The notes under the pieces are model-generated. The model was not told where the DNA came from. It was given only the letters and a program-made list of their open reading frames with translations, and searched no databases. A stretch of 64,000 nucleotides of DNA from Microcystaceae cyanobacterium (GTDB taxonomy: Bacteria > Cyanobacteriota > Cyanobacteriia > Cyanobacteriales > Microcystaceae), in NCBI GenBank assembly GCA_041746575.1, contig JBGTGT010000054.1, forward strand, positions 8,020 to 72,019. Direction: 5' to 3'. The position numbers and the translations under genes are program-made. Of the stretch, positions 29,510 through 40,629 are shown piece by piece. Positions within the stretch are counted from its first letter, which is position 1; every line of letters begins with the position of its first letter.

Positions 29510-30754
29510 TTATTTTGTCTGACGATGACGTAAGTAAAAAAAGATTCCTGCTAAACATCCCATAACTTCAGAAACTAAGGTTTTTTGTTTTAGTCCAAAT
29601 CCGTAAAACAATCCTGCCATTAAAACGTTGAAATAATGTTTCGGTAAATCATAAAAGAGTCGATAAAGATTGCCCCAATGGTGATAGCGATCATACTGAA
29701 TTAACAAAGCAGTTACATGTCCCCTCATATAATGATACATCTGATGGTTCAAATCAGTCATGTCTCGACGATGATAGTGAAAAACGACTGCTGTAGGTTC
29801 ATAAAGGCAAATTCCCCCTTCTGCAAGGATACGATACCACATTTCAGAATCTTCACTACAGCCTGATGCCCCTGCCCCCAATCTTTCGTCAAAATTGCCC
29901 ACTTTCTCTAATATTTGCCGACGAAACGCCATATTTGCTCCTGCACCCATGCGCCAAACAGGAACGCCAAAAGACTGATCACGAGCAAAGAAAGCGTCAT
30001 CAAAAAGTTTAGCTTGGTATTCTCCATGAATACTACTGTGATTCATTTCAAAAATGACTTGAGAATCCGTTTCGAGTTCACCTGGCAAGATTAATCCCGT
30101 TACCGCCATAATATGAGGATTTCTAAAAGCAGATTGAAGGCTGATCATCCAGTTAGGATGAATCCTAACATCATCATCCGTAAAAGCAATCAGATCGCCC
30201 GTTGTGTGCTGAATCCCCGTATTTCTGGCCATACTTAAGCCAGGATGTGGCTCACAGATATAACGAATTTCTGGCATTTGAGCAACTAATTGGGCAGTTA
30301 ATTGATTTTTAGGGGCATTATCTACGACCAGAACTTCATGAGGTGCAACAGCTAAGTTTTGCAAGGATTTAAGACAGTCTTCTAGCTGCTTAGGGCGATC
30401 GCGCGTACAAATAACGAGCGAAACAGTGGGTAAGGTTTTCTCAACATCATTTGAGGCTAAAGAGGGGTTTTGAAGGGTTTCTAAGGGGTTTTTAAGATCA
30501 ATAAGAGACTGCCAAGTTGGTTCGGCGAATAACCGCGATTGAACGGTTGGTATGATGGATTGTGCCACCTGATAGGTTAATTGACTTGAGGATAGCGGTA
30601 ATTGATCCTTAGAAATCATAATATGACCTAAAGGAAGATCGTGCCACCAAAATACTAAATAAATACCTTGATAGGCACAATCAGCAGAGAGGTTAGGGAT
30701 GCCTTGACTCAGATCAAGGTGGAGAACTTGCCAAGGAGCAGTGATCATGGGCAA
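29510..30754 (-). CDS. GT2 glycosyltransferase with N-terminal extension
   Basis: VICTRDR, VVDNA, FTDDD, GAGANMAF and SEDSE. Confidence 0.9.
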   Translation of the reverse strand: MPMITAPWQVLHLDLSQGIPNLSADCAYQGIYLVFWWHDLPLGHIMISKDQLPLSSSQLTYQVAQSIIPTVQSRLFAEPTWQSLIDLKNPLETLQNPSLASNDVEKTLPTVSLVICTRDRPKQLEDCLKSLQNLAVAPHEVLVVDNAPKNQLTAQLVAQMPEIRYICEPHPGLSMARNTGIQHTTGDLIAFTDDDVRIHPNWMISLQSAFRNPHIMAVTGLILPGELETDSQVIFEMNHSSIHGEYQAKLFDDAFFARDQSFGVPVWRMGAGANMAFRRQILEKVGNFDERLGAGASGCSEDSEMWYRILAEGGICLYEPTAVVFHYHRRDMTDLNHQMYHYMRGHVTALLIQYDRYHHWGNLYRLFYDLPKHYFNVLMAGLFYGFGLKQKTLVSEVMGCLAGIFFYLRHRQTK

Positions 30755-30769
30755 AATTTTTGATGTTGG

Positions 30770-32173
30770 TTAATTTTTTTGTAGATTAGAGAAAGGAACA
30801 ATGCGATGTTCATAGAGCATTTGTATATGATTTGCGAGCTTTTCATCGTCCCACCAATGAACCAGAAAATCACGATGACGTTGAGCAATCTCTAACCCAG
30901 TTCTTCCCTCTACAATATCTTGTTCTATGGCATTCATTCCCCGATCATACCAATTACCAAACATCGTAAATCCCGTTATCATATTGAATGGTAGTAGAAG
31001 TAACATTAAAATTAATAACCCTTGTTGAAATAACGCTTTTATGTGAGGATTTCCATAGAGTTCCCAAGCGAAAAAACAAGTACAAAATAAGGGAACAGAA
31101 AATAAAGCATATCGTATCGGAAACCCTTCTGTTGGAACTGAACCCGCCCTACCATAACCAATCGCTAAGGCAAATACAAAAAGCATTCCCACCAGCCATA
31201 ATACTACTAAGGCACGCTGTTTTTCATTGTCTTTGTTAATTAAAATTCCTTTGACAAGAATTACAAAACTCGGTAAGAGATAGGCAAAAGCTGCAAAGAC
31301 AAAGATAGACCAAAAGTTGGCCGCACTAGGGCCAAATCCATAAGCAAAAAACTTCGCAGTTGTCGCTAAAGTTGAGATGATACCGGGGTTCGGTGGATTC
31401 CAAGACGGACTTTCATAGCCGATAAAATAGACACCGACTAAAAGAAAAGAAACTAGGGCTGAAGCAATTAGAAAATAAGCTATCCACGGGGACATGATGG
31501 CTAAGATTTCCTTCGTTTTCATCTGACGAATTCCACAGTAAATTAACCAAATAGCAAGAAAAGGTGTGTAAAGCAAGCCATTCGCCCCACATAAAGGCAG
31601 CAAAATTAAACCGATTCCTGCCATTAAAGCCGTTATTGGCGTTTTTAGTAAAGGTTGATCAAGTAAAATGGGCAAAAAAAGACAGACAATAACGGTCGGT
31701 AAAATTTGAGTCAATTGCCAATTCCAATATAAATTTGGCCAATGTCCTAAATGAAGAAAGGCAAGGGGAAAAAAAGCATCTACATATTTAGTTTGTCCTT
31801 CTCGAAGAGAGCGAGCAACCCAGATTAAGATAAAAGATAAACCGCCGAGTATGAGAATATTAAATAACATTCCAACTCGAAAATTTCCTTTTGTTAGTGT
31901 CAATAATCCCAATAAAATTAAGCGAGGTAAAGGGATGCGATGTTCGTTATTTTGTGACCATAACCAGCCCCATAAATCTGGCTCATTTCCGGTTAAGGGA
32001 GCAACTAATACCCAATCTTCTGCTAAGGGAATATTTCGTCCATAAGCGACTAAACAAGTTAAAGCAATGAGCATCATGATCAACCAGACACCCCCAACAA
32101 ATAAACTTGCCTTACTACCCCGAAAAGAAAAAGATTGATCAGGATTCTTTGTACCCGAAATTATTGATTTCAT
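30770..32173 (-). CDS. Polytopic membrane protein, putative GT-C-type glycosyltransferase
   Basis: About 11 hydrophobic segments; first loop IPLAEDW...QNNEHRIPLPRL. Confidence 0.6.
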   Translation of the reverse strand: MKSIISGTKNPDQSFSFRGSKASLFVGGVWLIMMLIALTCLVAYGRNIPLAEDWVLVAPLTGNEPDLWGWLWSQNNEHRIPLPRLILLGLLTLTKGNFRVGMLFNILILGGLSFILIWVARSLREGQTKYVDAFFPLAFLHLGHWPNLYWNWQLTQILPTVIVCLFLPILLDQPLLKTPITALMAGIGLILLPLCGANGLLYTPFLAIWLIYCGIRQMKTKEILAIMSPWIAYFLIASALVSFLLVGVYFIGYESPSWNPPNPGIISTLATTAKFFAYGFGPSAANFWSIFVFAAFAYLLPSFVILVKGILINKDNEKQRALVVLWLVGMLFVFALAIGYGRAGSVPTEGFPIRYALFSVPLFCTCFFAWELYGNPHIKALFQQGLLILMLLLLPFNMITGFTMFGNWYDRGMNAIEQDIVEGRTGLEIAQRHRDFLVHWWDDEKLANHIQMLYEHRIVPFSNLQKN

Positions 32174-32219
32174 AAAAGGTTTTTCAACATTTCTGAGAGT
32201 TTTATATTTTGATGATTAT

Positions 32220-33728
32220 TTATAACTTATGTTCTTGAGAATGAGCCGGAGAAACCCCCCATTGATGTTGCAACCACAATCGCCACAAGACTTGCCAATA
32301 TCCGCCCCCTACTTTAACTAATCGGAAGGAAGATACACCCATATCGGGTGTTCGATTAATCCAAGAAATGGGGACTTCTTGTACAGAGTAACCCATTAAT
32401 AAAGGTTGTAATCCTGTCTCTGCATTAATCGCAAAACCGGGTTGGGTTAAGGTCAGATTTTCGACAACTTCCCGCTTCATCAATTTTAAATTATTGGTTA
32501 AATCCCGAAACCCTCGCCAAAATAAAATTTGAGCTAGAGTGTGAAACCCTCGATTAACAATAATTTTTGGTAGGGGATAATTCAGCAATACACTATGACG
32601 AGAGAAGCGACTGCCAACAGCGACATCATAACCTTCAGCGATGGCATCAAATAAATCTCGAATTTCGGGTAAAAGATGCTGAAAATCGCAATCCATTGAA
32701 AGAATATAGTCGCCTGTAACCACCCGATAACCGTCTTGAATGGCTCTGCCAACTCCATTGGGGGGAGTCCGAAAAACGGGTTTAATGCGAGAATCCTCAG
32801 AAGCAAGCGTTTCAATGATTTGTCTTGTTCCATCTTTACTATTATCATCCACTAAAATAATTTCATGGATATAGTCATCAAAGAAATCCCGCAATTTATT
32901 AACTAAGGGAGCAATATTCATCTCTTCATTGTGACAGGGAACAACAACAGAGATTTTGCCTTTTAACTGTTCGTGTTCGCACAAAGAAACAGCAGGTTTT
33001 TCTACGATTCTAGGCACTTTTTGACCATGAATTAAAATTGATCCTGCTAAGGTTTGAAGGGTTGTTGTATTTTCCAATATAATCGACAAATTTCTTAACA
33101 GCCAAATCATTTGGCGATTCAGAGGCGCGTAAACAAAATCATTAAAAACAGCAAAAACCCGAATAAATCCAATTTCGGAAATTAGCTCATAAAGTTCGGG
33201 TCGATTTAGTAAATATCGAGGATCTTTTCGACCAAAAAGATGATCAATAAATTGACGTAGTTTTAAAACTAAGTTCCAAGGATTGGTTTCATAAAAAATA
33301 ACTTGTCCTCCCGGTTTTAGTAAGTCATGAATATGTTGCAGTAGCCAAGCAGAATTACGCTTATCTAACAAATCCATGGCGACAATAAAGTCAAACTGTC
33401 TGCCTGCTAAGTTACCGAGAATTGTATCAGAATAGAGAAACTCTACAGATTCAGGTAAACCGTCAGGTCGAAAATTATTATGGTCAAAAGTGACGGCAGT
33501 AATAGGATTTTCGCCACGGGATGCACAATATAATTGATGCGTTAATAATCCTTGACCACAGCCTAACTCTAGGATACTTTGTCCGGGAACTAAATGAACT
33601 AAATGGCGAAACGTTTGCGCTCTCCATAAAAGGCGATCGTGACAAATGGGATCATTTTTTTGCCAGTAATTATCACGGTATCTTTCTCGAATTCCTAGAG
33701 TTTTAATCGCTTCTGCTTGAGCATTCAT
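32220..33728 (-). CDS. Methyltransferase-GT2 (polyprenol-phosphate glycosyltransferase/DPM1-like) fusion
   Basis: N-terminal ILELGCGQG; C-terminal VVVPCHNEE, VDDNSKDGT, MDCDFQH, GSRF and DLTNNLK. Confidence 0.85.
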   Translation of the reverse strand: MNAQAEAIKTLGIRERYRDNYWQKNDPICHDRLLWRAQTFRHLVHLVPGQSILELGCGQGLLTHQLYCASRGENPITAVTFDHNNFRPDGLPESVEFLYSDTILGNLAGRQFDFIVAMDLLDKRNSAWLLQHIHDLLKPGGQVIFYETNPWNLVLKLRQFIDHLFGRKDPRYLLNRPELYELISEIGFIRVFAVFNDFVYAPLNRQMIWLLRNLSIILENTTTLQTLAGSILIHGQKVPRIVEKPAVSLCEHEQLKGKISVVVPCHNEEMNIAPLVNKLRDFFDDYIHEIILVDDNSKDGTRQIIETLASEDSRIKPVFRTPPNGVGRAIQDGYRVVTGDYILSMDCDFQHLLPEIRDLFDAIAEGYDVAVGSRFSRHSVLLNYPLPKIIVNRGFHTLAQILFWRGFRDLTNNLKLMKREVVENLTLTQPGFAINAETGLQPLLMGYSVQEVPISWINRTPDMGVSSFRLVKVGGGYWQVLWRLWLQHQWGVSPAHSQEHKL

Positions 33729-33783
33729 AGATAATCTCCTTGGGTAAAAATAAGAATAAAAATGATTAGGTTTTTTTCCAAAT

Positions 33784-35442
33784 TTATTTTTTTTCTATTA
33801 ATAAAATGGCTTCTCCCCAAATATCTCCTAAATGAGTAACTTGATAATTAGGATTATTGAGCAGTCTTTTTTCGACCCATTGAGGACAGTGCATATCCTC
33901 CCAGTTTCGGGCTTTCTCTAAACCATATACGGGTAAAGGACAAGATTTTTCGTAGTCAGCATAATCGAGGATGAGAAAACGATCAAATTTTTCTAAGAAT
34001 TCATCACTGGTTAAAATTTGCTGAGAGAATAACTCAGGGTAAACCCGTCTATAAGCATCCATATGTTTATATTCCTGAGAACCAAATTGCCCACTCGCAG
34101 GATCGAGAGATGCTTCTTCATCTAATATAAAATAATAACGCCTTCGGTTAGGAGAATAGTGTAGTCTTTCAAAAAATGGGTGCGAAGTTTGCATTACCAT
34201 TGGTAGATTTTCATATCCATAAGTGTTGTCGTGAGTTCCCGGTAAGGCTTTACCTTGATAAAATTTGCCATAGACAATAGGGTTCAATAAAAAAAGAAAG
34301 CTTAATAAAATTAGAGGAAAAATGCTCAGTAGATAGCTCGGTCTTTTACTTTTAATTAAACTTGAATTAATTAAAATTGATGAAATATGAGCGATTAAGA
34401 TTGCCCAACTAAGAGTACTAGGAATCATATATCGATCCCAAAAAATAGGCTTAATCGTTCGAGAAATAACCCAAATAATAATAGGAATAGCCAAAAAAGT
34501 ATAAGCAAATATTAGTAAAGAAACCGTTTGACGCTTAGAAGATTGATCCTCTCTTTGATTTGCCTGTAAACTTTGCGAGTTTAGTAAACTTCGACAGAGT
34601 ATCTGCCAACTAGCAATTAAAATAATAGCAATCAGGACAGAAACCTTAAAAAAATCTCCTGAAGAAAAACTAATGAAATCTAATAAATTTCTAACGGTTG
34701 GTACAGGTAACCAAGCACGAGGATTTCCGGCATCTGATTGGTTAAGAAAGGCAGGAATATAAAAGATAATAGATAACCAACTAATTAGAATGGATAGATA
34801 CACTTGAGTCCGAAAAATCTTGAAATATCTATCCCTCAACCAAAAAGAAAAGAGAATTCCTGCGCTATAAAATACCCCAAACAAATGAGTGTGAATGATC
34901 GTAATATGGGTGAATGTATTTAAAATAGACTGAGTGCGAGAAATTTTACCCTCTTCATTTATTTGATTAAAAAGATAAAATCCAACCGCACAAACCGCCA
35001 TAAATAAACCGTACATTCTCGCTTCGGCATTTTGAGATAAGATTAAGTTTGAGGTACAAAATACGGCTAAAGTTCCTAGTGATGTTGCCCAAAAATTATA
35101 ACTTTGACGTAACGTTTGCCAAACTAGAATACAAGCAATTCCCATTCCTAAGGAAGAAAACATTCGGAGAGATAATTCACTTGAACCAAATATTTTATCC
35201 CAGACCCAACCTAAGCCAAAATAGAGAAAAGGAGTATTGTTAATTTTGTCACCAAATGCTTGTAAGAGATGGCTAAAAGAGGGATCAGACAGAAAATAAT
35301 AAGAATATAATTCATCATTCCAAAAGTATTTCTTGCTAGAAACTATTGCACAAGATATGACAAGGGAGATGATAATTAATACAGGAAGTAAATATTCCCC
35401 TTTATAAATTTTTTCAATTGACTCATCTGAGGATTTCTTCAT
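33784..35442 (-). CDS. GT39/PMT_2-like membrane glycosyltransferase (GT-C)
   Basis: FWNDE first loop, PFLYF, SELSLRMFS and EARMY; multiple TM segments. Confidence 0.75.
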   Translation of the reverse strand: MKKSSDESIEKIYKGEYLLPVLIIISLVISCAIVSSKKYFWNDELYSYYFLSDPSFSHLLQAFGDKINNTPFLYFGLGWVWDKIFGSSELSLRMFSSLGMGIACILVWQTLRQSYNFWATSLGTLAVFCTSNLILSQNAEARMYGLFMAVCAVGFYLFNQINEEGKISRTQSILNTFTHITIIHTHLFGVFYSAGILFSFWLRDRYFKIFRTQVYLSILISWLSIIFYIPAFLNQSDAGNPRAWLPVPTVRNLLDFISFSSGDFFKVSVLIAIILIASWQILCRSLLNSQSLQANQREDQSSKRQTVSLLIFAYTFLAIPIIIWVISRTIKPIFWDRYMIPSTLSWAILIAHISSILINSSLIKSKRPSYLLSIFPLILLSFLFLLNPIVYGKFYQGKALPGTHDNTYGYENLPMVMQTSHPFFERLHYSPNRRRYYFILDEEASLDPASGQFGSQEYKHMDAYRRVYPELFSQQILTSDEFLEKFDRFLILDYADYEKSCPLPVYGLEKARNWEDMHCPQWVEKRLLNNPNYQVTHLGDIWGEAILLIEKK

Positions 35443-35452
35443 TAGTCTATCC

Positions 35453-36517
35453 TTATAACCACCGTTTTACATTTTTACTAAAGATTTCTTGTAAAATATC
35501 TTTTATTGTATAAGTAAGTTGCCATTGTGGATAATGAGACTGAAATTTTTTCACATCACTAATCCACCAAATATGATCGCCAATTCGATTGTCTTCTACA
35601 TAAGTCCAATCTAGCTTTTTATGGGCAATTTCTTCACAGTATTGAATAGCTTCGAGCATAGAACAGTTACTAAGCCGACTGCCACCAATATTGTAAACTT
35701 CAGCAATTCTGGGAGCTTGATAGAAATGGTAGAAAGCATTCACTAAATCATAGCTATGAATATTATCTCGAACTTGTTTTCCTTTATAACCATAAACAGA
35801 ATAGGGTTGGTTCAGCATAGTGCATTTCATTAAATAAGATAAAAAACCATGAAGTTTTGCACCAGAATGACTCGGCCCAGTCAAACAGCCTCCTCTAAAA
35901 GAAGCCGTTTTCAGATTAAAATAACGTCCATATTCTTGCACTAAAATGTCCGCCGCAACTTTAGAAGCCCCAAACAAAGAGTGTTTGCTATTATCAATAC
36001 TCATGGTTTCATCAATTCCCTGAGAATAGGGATGACTAGGATCAATTTCCCAGCGCAAGTCTTTTTCAATTAAGGGAAGAAAATTCGGCGTATCTCCGTA
36101 CACTTTATTCGTAGAACAAAAGATAAAAACCGCATTTGGACAGTGTTGACGAGTATTTTCTAACAACACTAAAGTCCCATTGGCGTTAACCGTAAAATCC
36201 ATATAGGGATCTTTGGCCGCCCAGTCGTGAGAGGGCTGTGCCGCCGTGTGTATAATAAGGCTAATATCCCCCCCATAGGTCTGAAAAATTGTCTGAATCG
36301 CTTCTTGATCCCGAATATCTATACTATGATGTAGGTAGTGATCGCCATAGGTTTCCACCAGCAATTGCCGATTCCATTCCGTTGAACCCTCGACACCAAA
36401 AAACACTTGACGAAGATTATTATCAATACCAACTACGGTAAAACCGCGATCGCAGAAAAAGCGAACGGATTCAGAGCCAATTAATCCAGCAGAGCCTGTG
36501 ACAAGAACAATAGACAT
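35453..36517 (-). CDS. NAD-dependent epimerase, CDP-tyvelose 2-epimerase-like SDR
   Basis: [31 protein letters not shown] and GKQVRD; probable start ATG 36517. Confidence 0.85.
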   Translation of the reverse strand: MSIVLVTGSAGLIGSESVRFFCDRGFTVVGIDNNLRQVFFGVEGSTEWNRQLLVETYGDHYLHHSIDIRDQEAIQTIFQTYGGDISLIIHTAAQPSHDWAAKDPYMDFTVNANGTLVLLENTRQHCPNAVFIFCSTNKVYGDTPNFLPLIEKDLRWEIDPSHPYSQGIDETMSIDNSKHSLFGASKVAADILVQEYGRYFNLKTASFRGGCLTGPSHSGAKLHGFLSYLMKCTMLNQPYSVYGYKGKQVRDNIHSYDLVNAFYHFYQAPRIAEVYNIGGSRLSNCSMLEAIQYCEEIAHKKLDWTYVEDNRIGDHIWWISDVKKFQSHYPQWQLTYTIKDILQEIFSKNVKRWL

Positions 36518-36528
36518 AATAAATTTAC

Positions 36529-37512
36529 CTAATAAAATGAGCGAACTTGAGCGCATCCTAGCAAAGCTTGACGTTCTTGGGGATTTAATCTAAAAAGTCG
36601 CCAAATCCCTAGCCACCATCCTTTGAGAAAACTGCCGTAAAGACGTACCTCCGTTAAAGGTTTCCGACGCTTCAAAGTGTAGAATGCCCAAATCAGTAGC
36701 TTAAAGCCATCACGTACCCCATATCTGATCGAAGTGATTAACCAAAGAGGATAAGATGCCGCCCATTGTAGAGAATCGCCCAAAAGTTTACTACTGCCTA
36801 AACCGACGTTCATTTTATGCAAATATGCCAAAGAAATGCGATGTTCGGGAATAATATGCTGTAAACGACAAGCAGGATTGTAATAAAGATCGAATTTGGA
36901 AGCCAATCTTAGCCCAATTTCGACATCTCCCCCAGAAACAAGCTTTTTACCGACTCTATCCGCTAAAAACTGTTTATCTATCCATCCAACTTCCGCTAAC
37001 GCCGACCTTCTTAAAACCATTCCTGCCCCCACAATACAGGGCAACTTTTGTACCTCATCACCGTGATTTTGTTCAGCATAGCAATACCCGAACTTGACAA
37101 TCTCATCAAAGGGGGGAATCTGCCAATCTAAAATGACTTTTCCGCCAAATCCGCCACAGTTTGGATGGGATTGTGCAAAAATAGCCGCTTGTTCTACCCA
37201 ATCTGGCGCAAGCAGACAGTCATCATCGACAAACGCAATCCAATCTCCCGACGTATTTTTGACGCCACATAACCGCGCCGGCGTGAGTCCTTGAATCGGT
37301 TCTATGACCATTTTTAAGGGAAATTTTGCTAATTTAAGATAAGATTCGACAATTTCTACTGTTTCGTCTGTGCAGTTATTATTAACCACCAAAACCCCCC
37401 ATTTAACCTGAGGAGAAACTACCTGTTCGGCGATCGCACCTAAAATCCGATCCAGTAAAAGGGCATTATTGTAAGTACAAATGACTAAATCTATGGATAT
37501 TTTGTTCATCAT
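36529..37512 (-). CDS. GT2 glycosyltransferase
   Basis: VICTYN, FVDDD, GAGM and SGGDVE. Confidence 0.9.
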   Translation of the reverse strand: MMNKISIDLVICTYNNALLLDRILGAIAEQVVSPQVKWGVLVVNNNCTDETVEIVESYLKLAKFPLKMVIEPIQGLTPARLCGVKNTSGDWIAFVDDDCLLAPDWVEQAAIFAQSHPNCGGFGGKVILDWQIPPFDEIVKFGYCYAEQNHGDEVQKLPCIVGAGMVLRRSALAEVGWIDKQFLADRVGKKLVSGGDVEIGLRLASKFDLYYNPACRLQHIIPEHRISLAYLHKMNVGLGSSKLLGDSLQWAASYPLWLITSIRYGVRDGFKLLIWAFYTLKRRKPLTEVRLYGSFLKGWWLGIWRLFRLNPQERQALLGCAQVRSFY

Positions 37513-37518
37513 CTTTGA

Positions 37519-38778
37519 TTATGGCCGACTGCTCAATAAAGGTTTCGTTTCGCTCGCTACAGATTGAGCCTGTTGACGAATTTTAGCTGTTCTTTGCTTT
37601 GAGCGTTCATATTCCCCCAATAAACCTTGAATACCTCCCCATATTTCCGCCAAAATCATCTGAGGGGGCAAGATTTCCTTACCTGAGAGACTTTTTCCCA
37701 ACTCAACCAACTGTTCTTTAAACCACCATTGTATTAAAGCGATCAGTTTACGACGTTGAGGGAGATCATTTTGATAGGATTTCACTACGAATGCCATAAA
37801 GCCTAAGCCCCAACTCCAATATTGACGGCGTAATTTTGCCATTTCTCGACGATGTTGGTGATAAATAAGATAACGAGGTTCATAAACGAGAGGATACCCT
37901 GCCCGAATCACCCGATAGAAGATGTCTAAATCCCCTCCTCCCGGTAAAGGCGCACCCGTATCCAACGCCTCATCAAAGCCGCCTAATTCCAGCAATAACG
38001 CCCGTTTGAATGCCATATTACACCCTGCCCCAAATATACCTGCACCGCAGGGATAAAGCGGATTTTTGTCTAATAATTGTCCATAGCGGATTTTGTTAAA
38101 TCCTCGTCCAAAACCACCTCGACGTTCAAATAATATCTGTGCTTCGGTTTCTAATTCGTAGGGTAGCACCATGCCTGTAAACGCTCCAGCATCAGGGTTT
38201 TCTGCCCACGCTTCAACGAGTCCTAGTAACCATTGCCTATCTACCACGATATCGTCATCCAAAAAAGCAAGTATTTCTCCCTTTGCTTCATTCATTGCAC
38301 GATTACGAGCAAAATCTAATCCTACTTTTAATTCTCGTACATAGCGCACGTTTGGGAAAGTCGCCACTAGGTTTTGTGTTTGATCATCACTAGGGGCATT
38401 ATCTACGATTAAAATCTCAAAATCTCCTAAATTATCAGGCTTTTGTAAAGTTTGTAAAGATTTCAAACAACGTAGCACATTCTCAGGACGATCTTTGGTA
38501 CACATCGCCACGGTTAAATTAGGAAATTGCGTCGTTTCAGACTGAGATATTAATTCTTCTTGGATTTTGGCATTTAATATTCCCTGCGCCATTTCCTGAC
38601 TTAACAAACGCTGTAAGTCTTCGGAATCTACCCGTGAATTTGGAGACAATTCCGACATGATAAACCCAATCGGGCGATCATAATAGCGAATCACTAATGC
38701 AATTCCTGTTTCTTCTGCTGAGGTTTGGATACTCGGTAAAGGTTCAGTGATTTCGAGTTGAATGATGGGGTAGGACAT
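37519..38778 (-). CDS. GT2 glycosyltransferase with N-terminal extension
   Basis: MCTKDR, VDNAP, FLDDD, GAGCNMAF and GGGDLD. Confidence 0.9.
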   Translation of the reverse strand: MSYPIIQLEITEPLPSIQTSAEETGIALVIRYYDRPIGFIMSELSPNSRVDSEDLQRLLSQEMAQGILNAKIQEELISQSETTQFPNLTVAMCTKDRPENVLRCLKSLQTLQKPDNLGDFEILIVDNAPSDDQTQNLVATFPNVRYVRELKVGLDFARNRAMNEAKGEILAFLDDDIVVDRQWLLGLVEAWAENPDAGAFTGMVLPYELETEAQILFERRGGFGRGFNKIRYGQLLDKNPLYPCGAGIFGAGCNMAFKRALLLELGGFDEALDTGAPLPGGGDLDIFYRVIRAGYPLVYEPRYLIYHQHRREMAKLRRQYWSWGLGFMAFVVKSYQNDLPQRRKLIALIQWWFKEQLVELGKSLSGKEILPPQMILAEIWGGIQGLLGEYERSKQRTAKIRQQAQSVASETKPLLSSRP

Positions 38779-38792
38779 GGTTAAATCGTCAA

Positions 38793-40586
38793 TCAGAGGG
38801 AATTTTTTTGATATTGCAGACGGTAAAGTTGGGTAAATAAACCAGCATTTTCTAACAATTGGCTTAAATTTCCTGTTTCAACCACTTTTCCTTGATCTAA
38901 GACAATAATTTGCTCCGCTTGTTCGATAGTAGAAAGACGATGAGCAATGATAATCACCGTGCGATCGCGTCCAAGGGTATCAAGGGCTTCTTGGATTAAT
39001 TGCTCAGAAATCGTGTCTAGGGCGTTGGTCGCCTCATCTAAGATTAAAATATCGGGATCTCTGACAATTGCTCTAGCAAGGGCAATCCGTTGTCTTTGTC
39101 CCCCCGATAGTCTAACACCGCGATCGCCCACCGTGGTATCATATCCATGAGGTAATTGGCAAATAAACTCGTGAGCATGAGCTTGCTTAGCGGCGGCAAT
39201 GACTTCTGCTTCTGTTGCGTCTAAACGACCATAGGCGATATTTTCTCGAATGGTAGTGCTGAAAATATGAATTTCTTGGGTAACAACGGCAATGCGATCG
39301 CGCCAAGACGTTAAGTCCAATTGTTCAATGGAATGGTAATCGATGTCGATTTCTCCGTGAGTCGCCTCATAAAAGCGACAAATTAGCTGAATTAAGGTAG
39401 ATTTTCCAGCCCCAGAAGTCCCTACTAAGGCGGTGGTTTTCCCTTTAGGAATATGGAGGGAAATATCTTGTAAAGCAGGTTTATCGTGAGGATGATAGCG
39501 AAAAATTACGGATTTAAAGGTAATTCCCTGTTCTAACCCCTTAAACAAAACAGAACCAGAAGCAATATAAGGTTTATCTGTTCGCGCCAAAAAAGCCATC
39601 ACATCATCTACCGAACTACTTAAGGTGAGAAGGGTAACGCGACTACTATCAAGTTGTTGAATTTGCGGTTGCAATCGGTAGAGAATGAATAAAAAGGTTA
39701 ATAAAGTCGGTAAGGCGGTGCGATCTTGAATCAGAGCAATCATTAAAATTCCTAAGACAAGAATAGCCGACAATACCTCATAGATGGGATTAATAATACT
39801 GGCAATCAAATCAAGAGAGAAAAAGCGATCGCGAACCTTTTTTGAAGCCTCATTAAAGCGTTTTTGTTCATAGCTTTCCCTCGCAAAAGTACGAATCGTT
39901 TTCATGCCCGTAAACCCTTCATACATCCGCGTTCCCAATGAAGAATTGGCGATAACAGCTTGATAGCTGAGGCTACTCGTTTTTCGGGTTAGAAAACGAA
40001 TGAGCAGGGAAATTAAGCCCAAAATTAGGGTTACGAGTAAGGTTAATTGCCAAGAGATGAGAAAAAGTAAAATAATGTAGACAACAACAATACAAAGATT
40101 AACACTTAACTTCACTAAAATGGCTAAAGCATCATTGGTTCGCCACGTTTCTGTCGCTAAAGTATTAAGGAGTTTGCCGGATTCTTGCCTATCCAAAAAG
40201 CTATAGCTAACATTTAGCAATTGGCTAAATATATCACACCGTAAGCGGTGGGTAATTCGAGAATTAAGCCAAGCAGAAAAAGCTAAATTACCATAAAATA
40301 AACAATTTTTTAAAATAATAAAACCTAGAATGACTAGCGGAATGTAGATAATTCTTTGCTTAACAGAAAGAGAACTAAATAGTTGATTAAGCCATTGAAT
40401 TAAAGGAGTCTGATGGGTCGCTTGATTGCCTTGCGCTTCAAAACTTTGTAAAAAGGGAATCAGCAAACTAATGCCAATGCCTTCAGACAAAGAAGATAAA
40501 ATGCCTAGGGTAAAAATGAGGGTAATTGACCGAGGATAATATTTGAGTAGAGGAAGTAACTTTTTAATGGATACCAGTTCTTGCAT
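38793..40586 (-). CDS. ABC exporter, fused TMD and NBD (HepA/MsbA-like)
   Basis: N-terminal TM domain, GTSGAGKST, LSGGQRQR, ILDEAT and IAHRLST. Confidence 0.93.
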   Translation of the reverse strand: MQELVSIKKLLPLLKYYPRSITLIFTLGILSSLSEGIGISLLIPFLQSFEAQGNQATHQTPLIQWLNQLFSSLSVKQRIIYIPLVILGFIILKNCLFYGNLAFSAWLNSRITHRLRCDIFSQLLNVSYSFLDRQESGKLLNTLATETWRTNDALAILVKLSVNLCIVVVYIILLFLISWQLTLLVTLILGLISLLIRFLTRKTSSLSYQAVIANSSLGTRMYEGFTGMKTIRTFARESYEQKRFNEASKKVRDRFFSLDLIASIINPIYEVLSAILVLGILMIALIQDRTALPTLLTFLFILYRLQPQIQQLDSSRVTLLTLSSSVDDVMAFLARTDKPYIASGSVLFKGLEQGITFKSVIFRYHPHDKPALQDISLHIPKGKTTALVGTSGAGKSTLIQLICRFYEATHGEIDIDYHSIEQLDLTSWRDRIAVVTQEIHIFSTTIRENIAYGRLDATEAEVIAAAKQAHAHEFICQLPHGYDTTVGDRGVRLSGGQRQRIALARAIVRDPDILILDEATNALDTISEQLIQEALDTLGRDRTVIIIAHRLSTIEQAEQIIVLDQGKVVETGNLSQLLENAGLFTQLYRLQYQKNSL

Positions 40587-40629
40587 TGTTTATATTCCTA
40601 TCTTTGTTTACCTCATCTCTCCTGAAGTC

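Noticed and set aside
38793..40586. Calling the ABC exporter hepA and inferring heterocysts
   Set aside because: HepA-like exporters are widespread, and nothing else here indicates a heterocyst envelope island.
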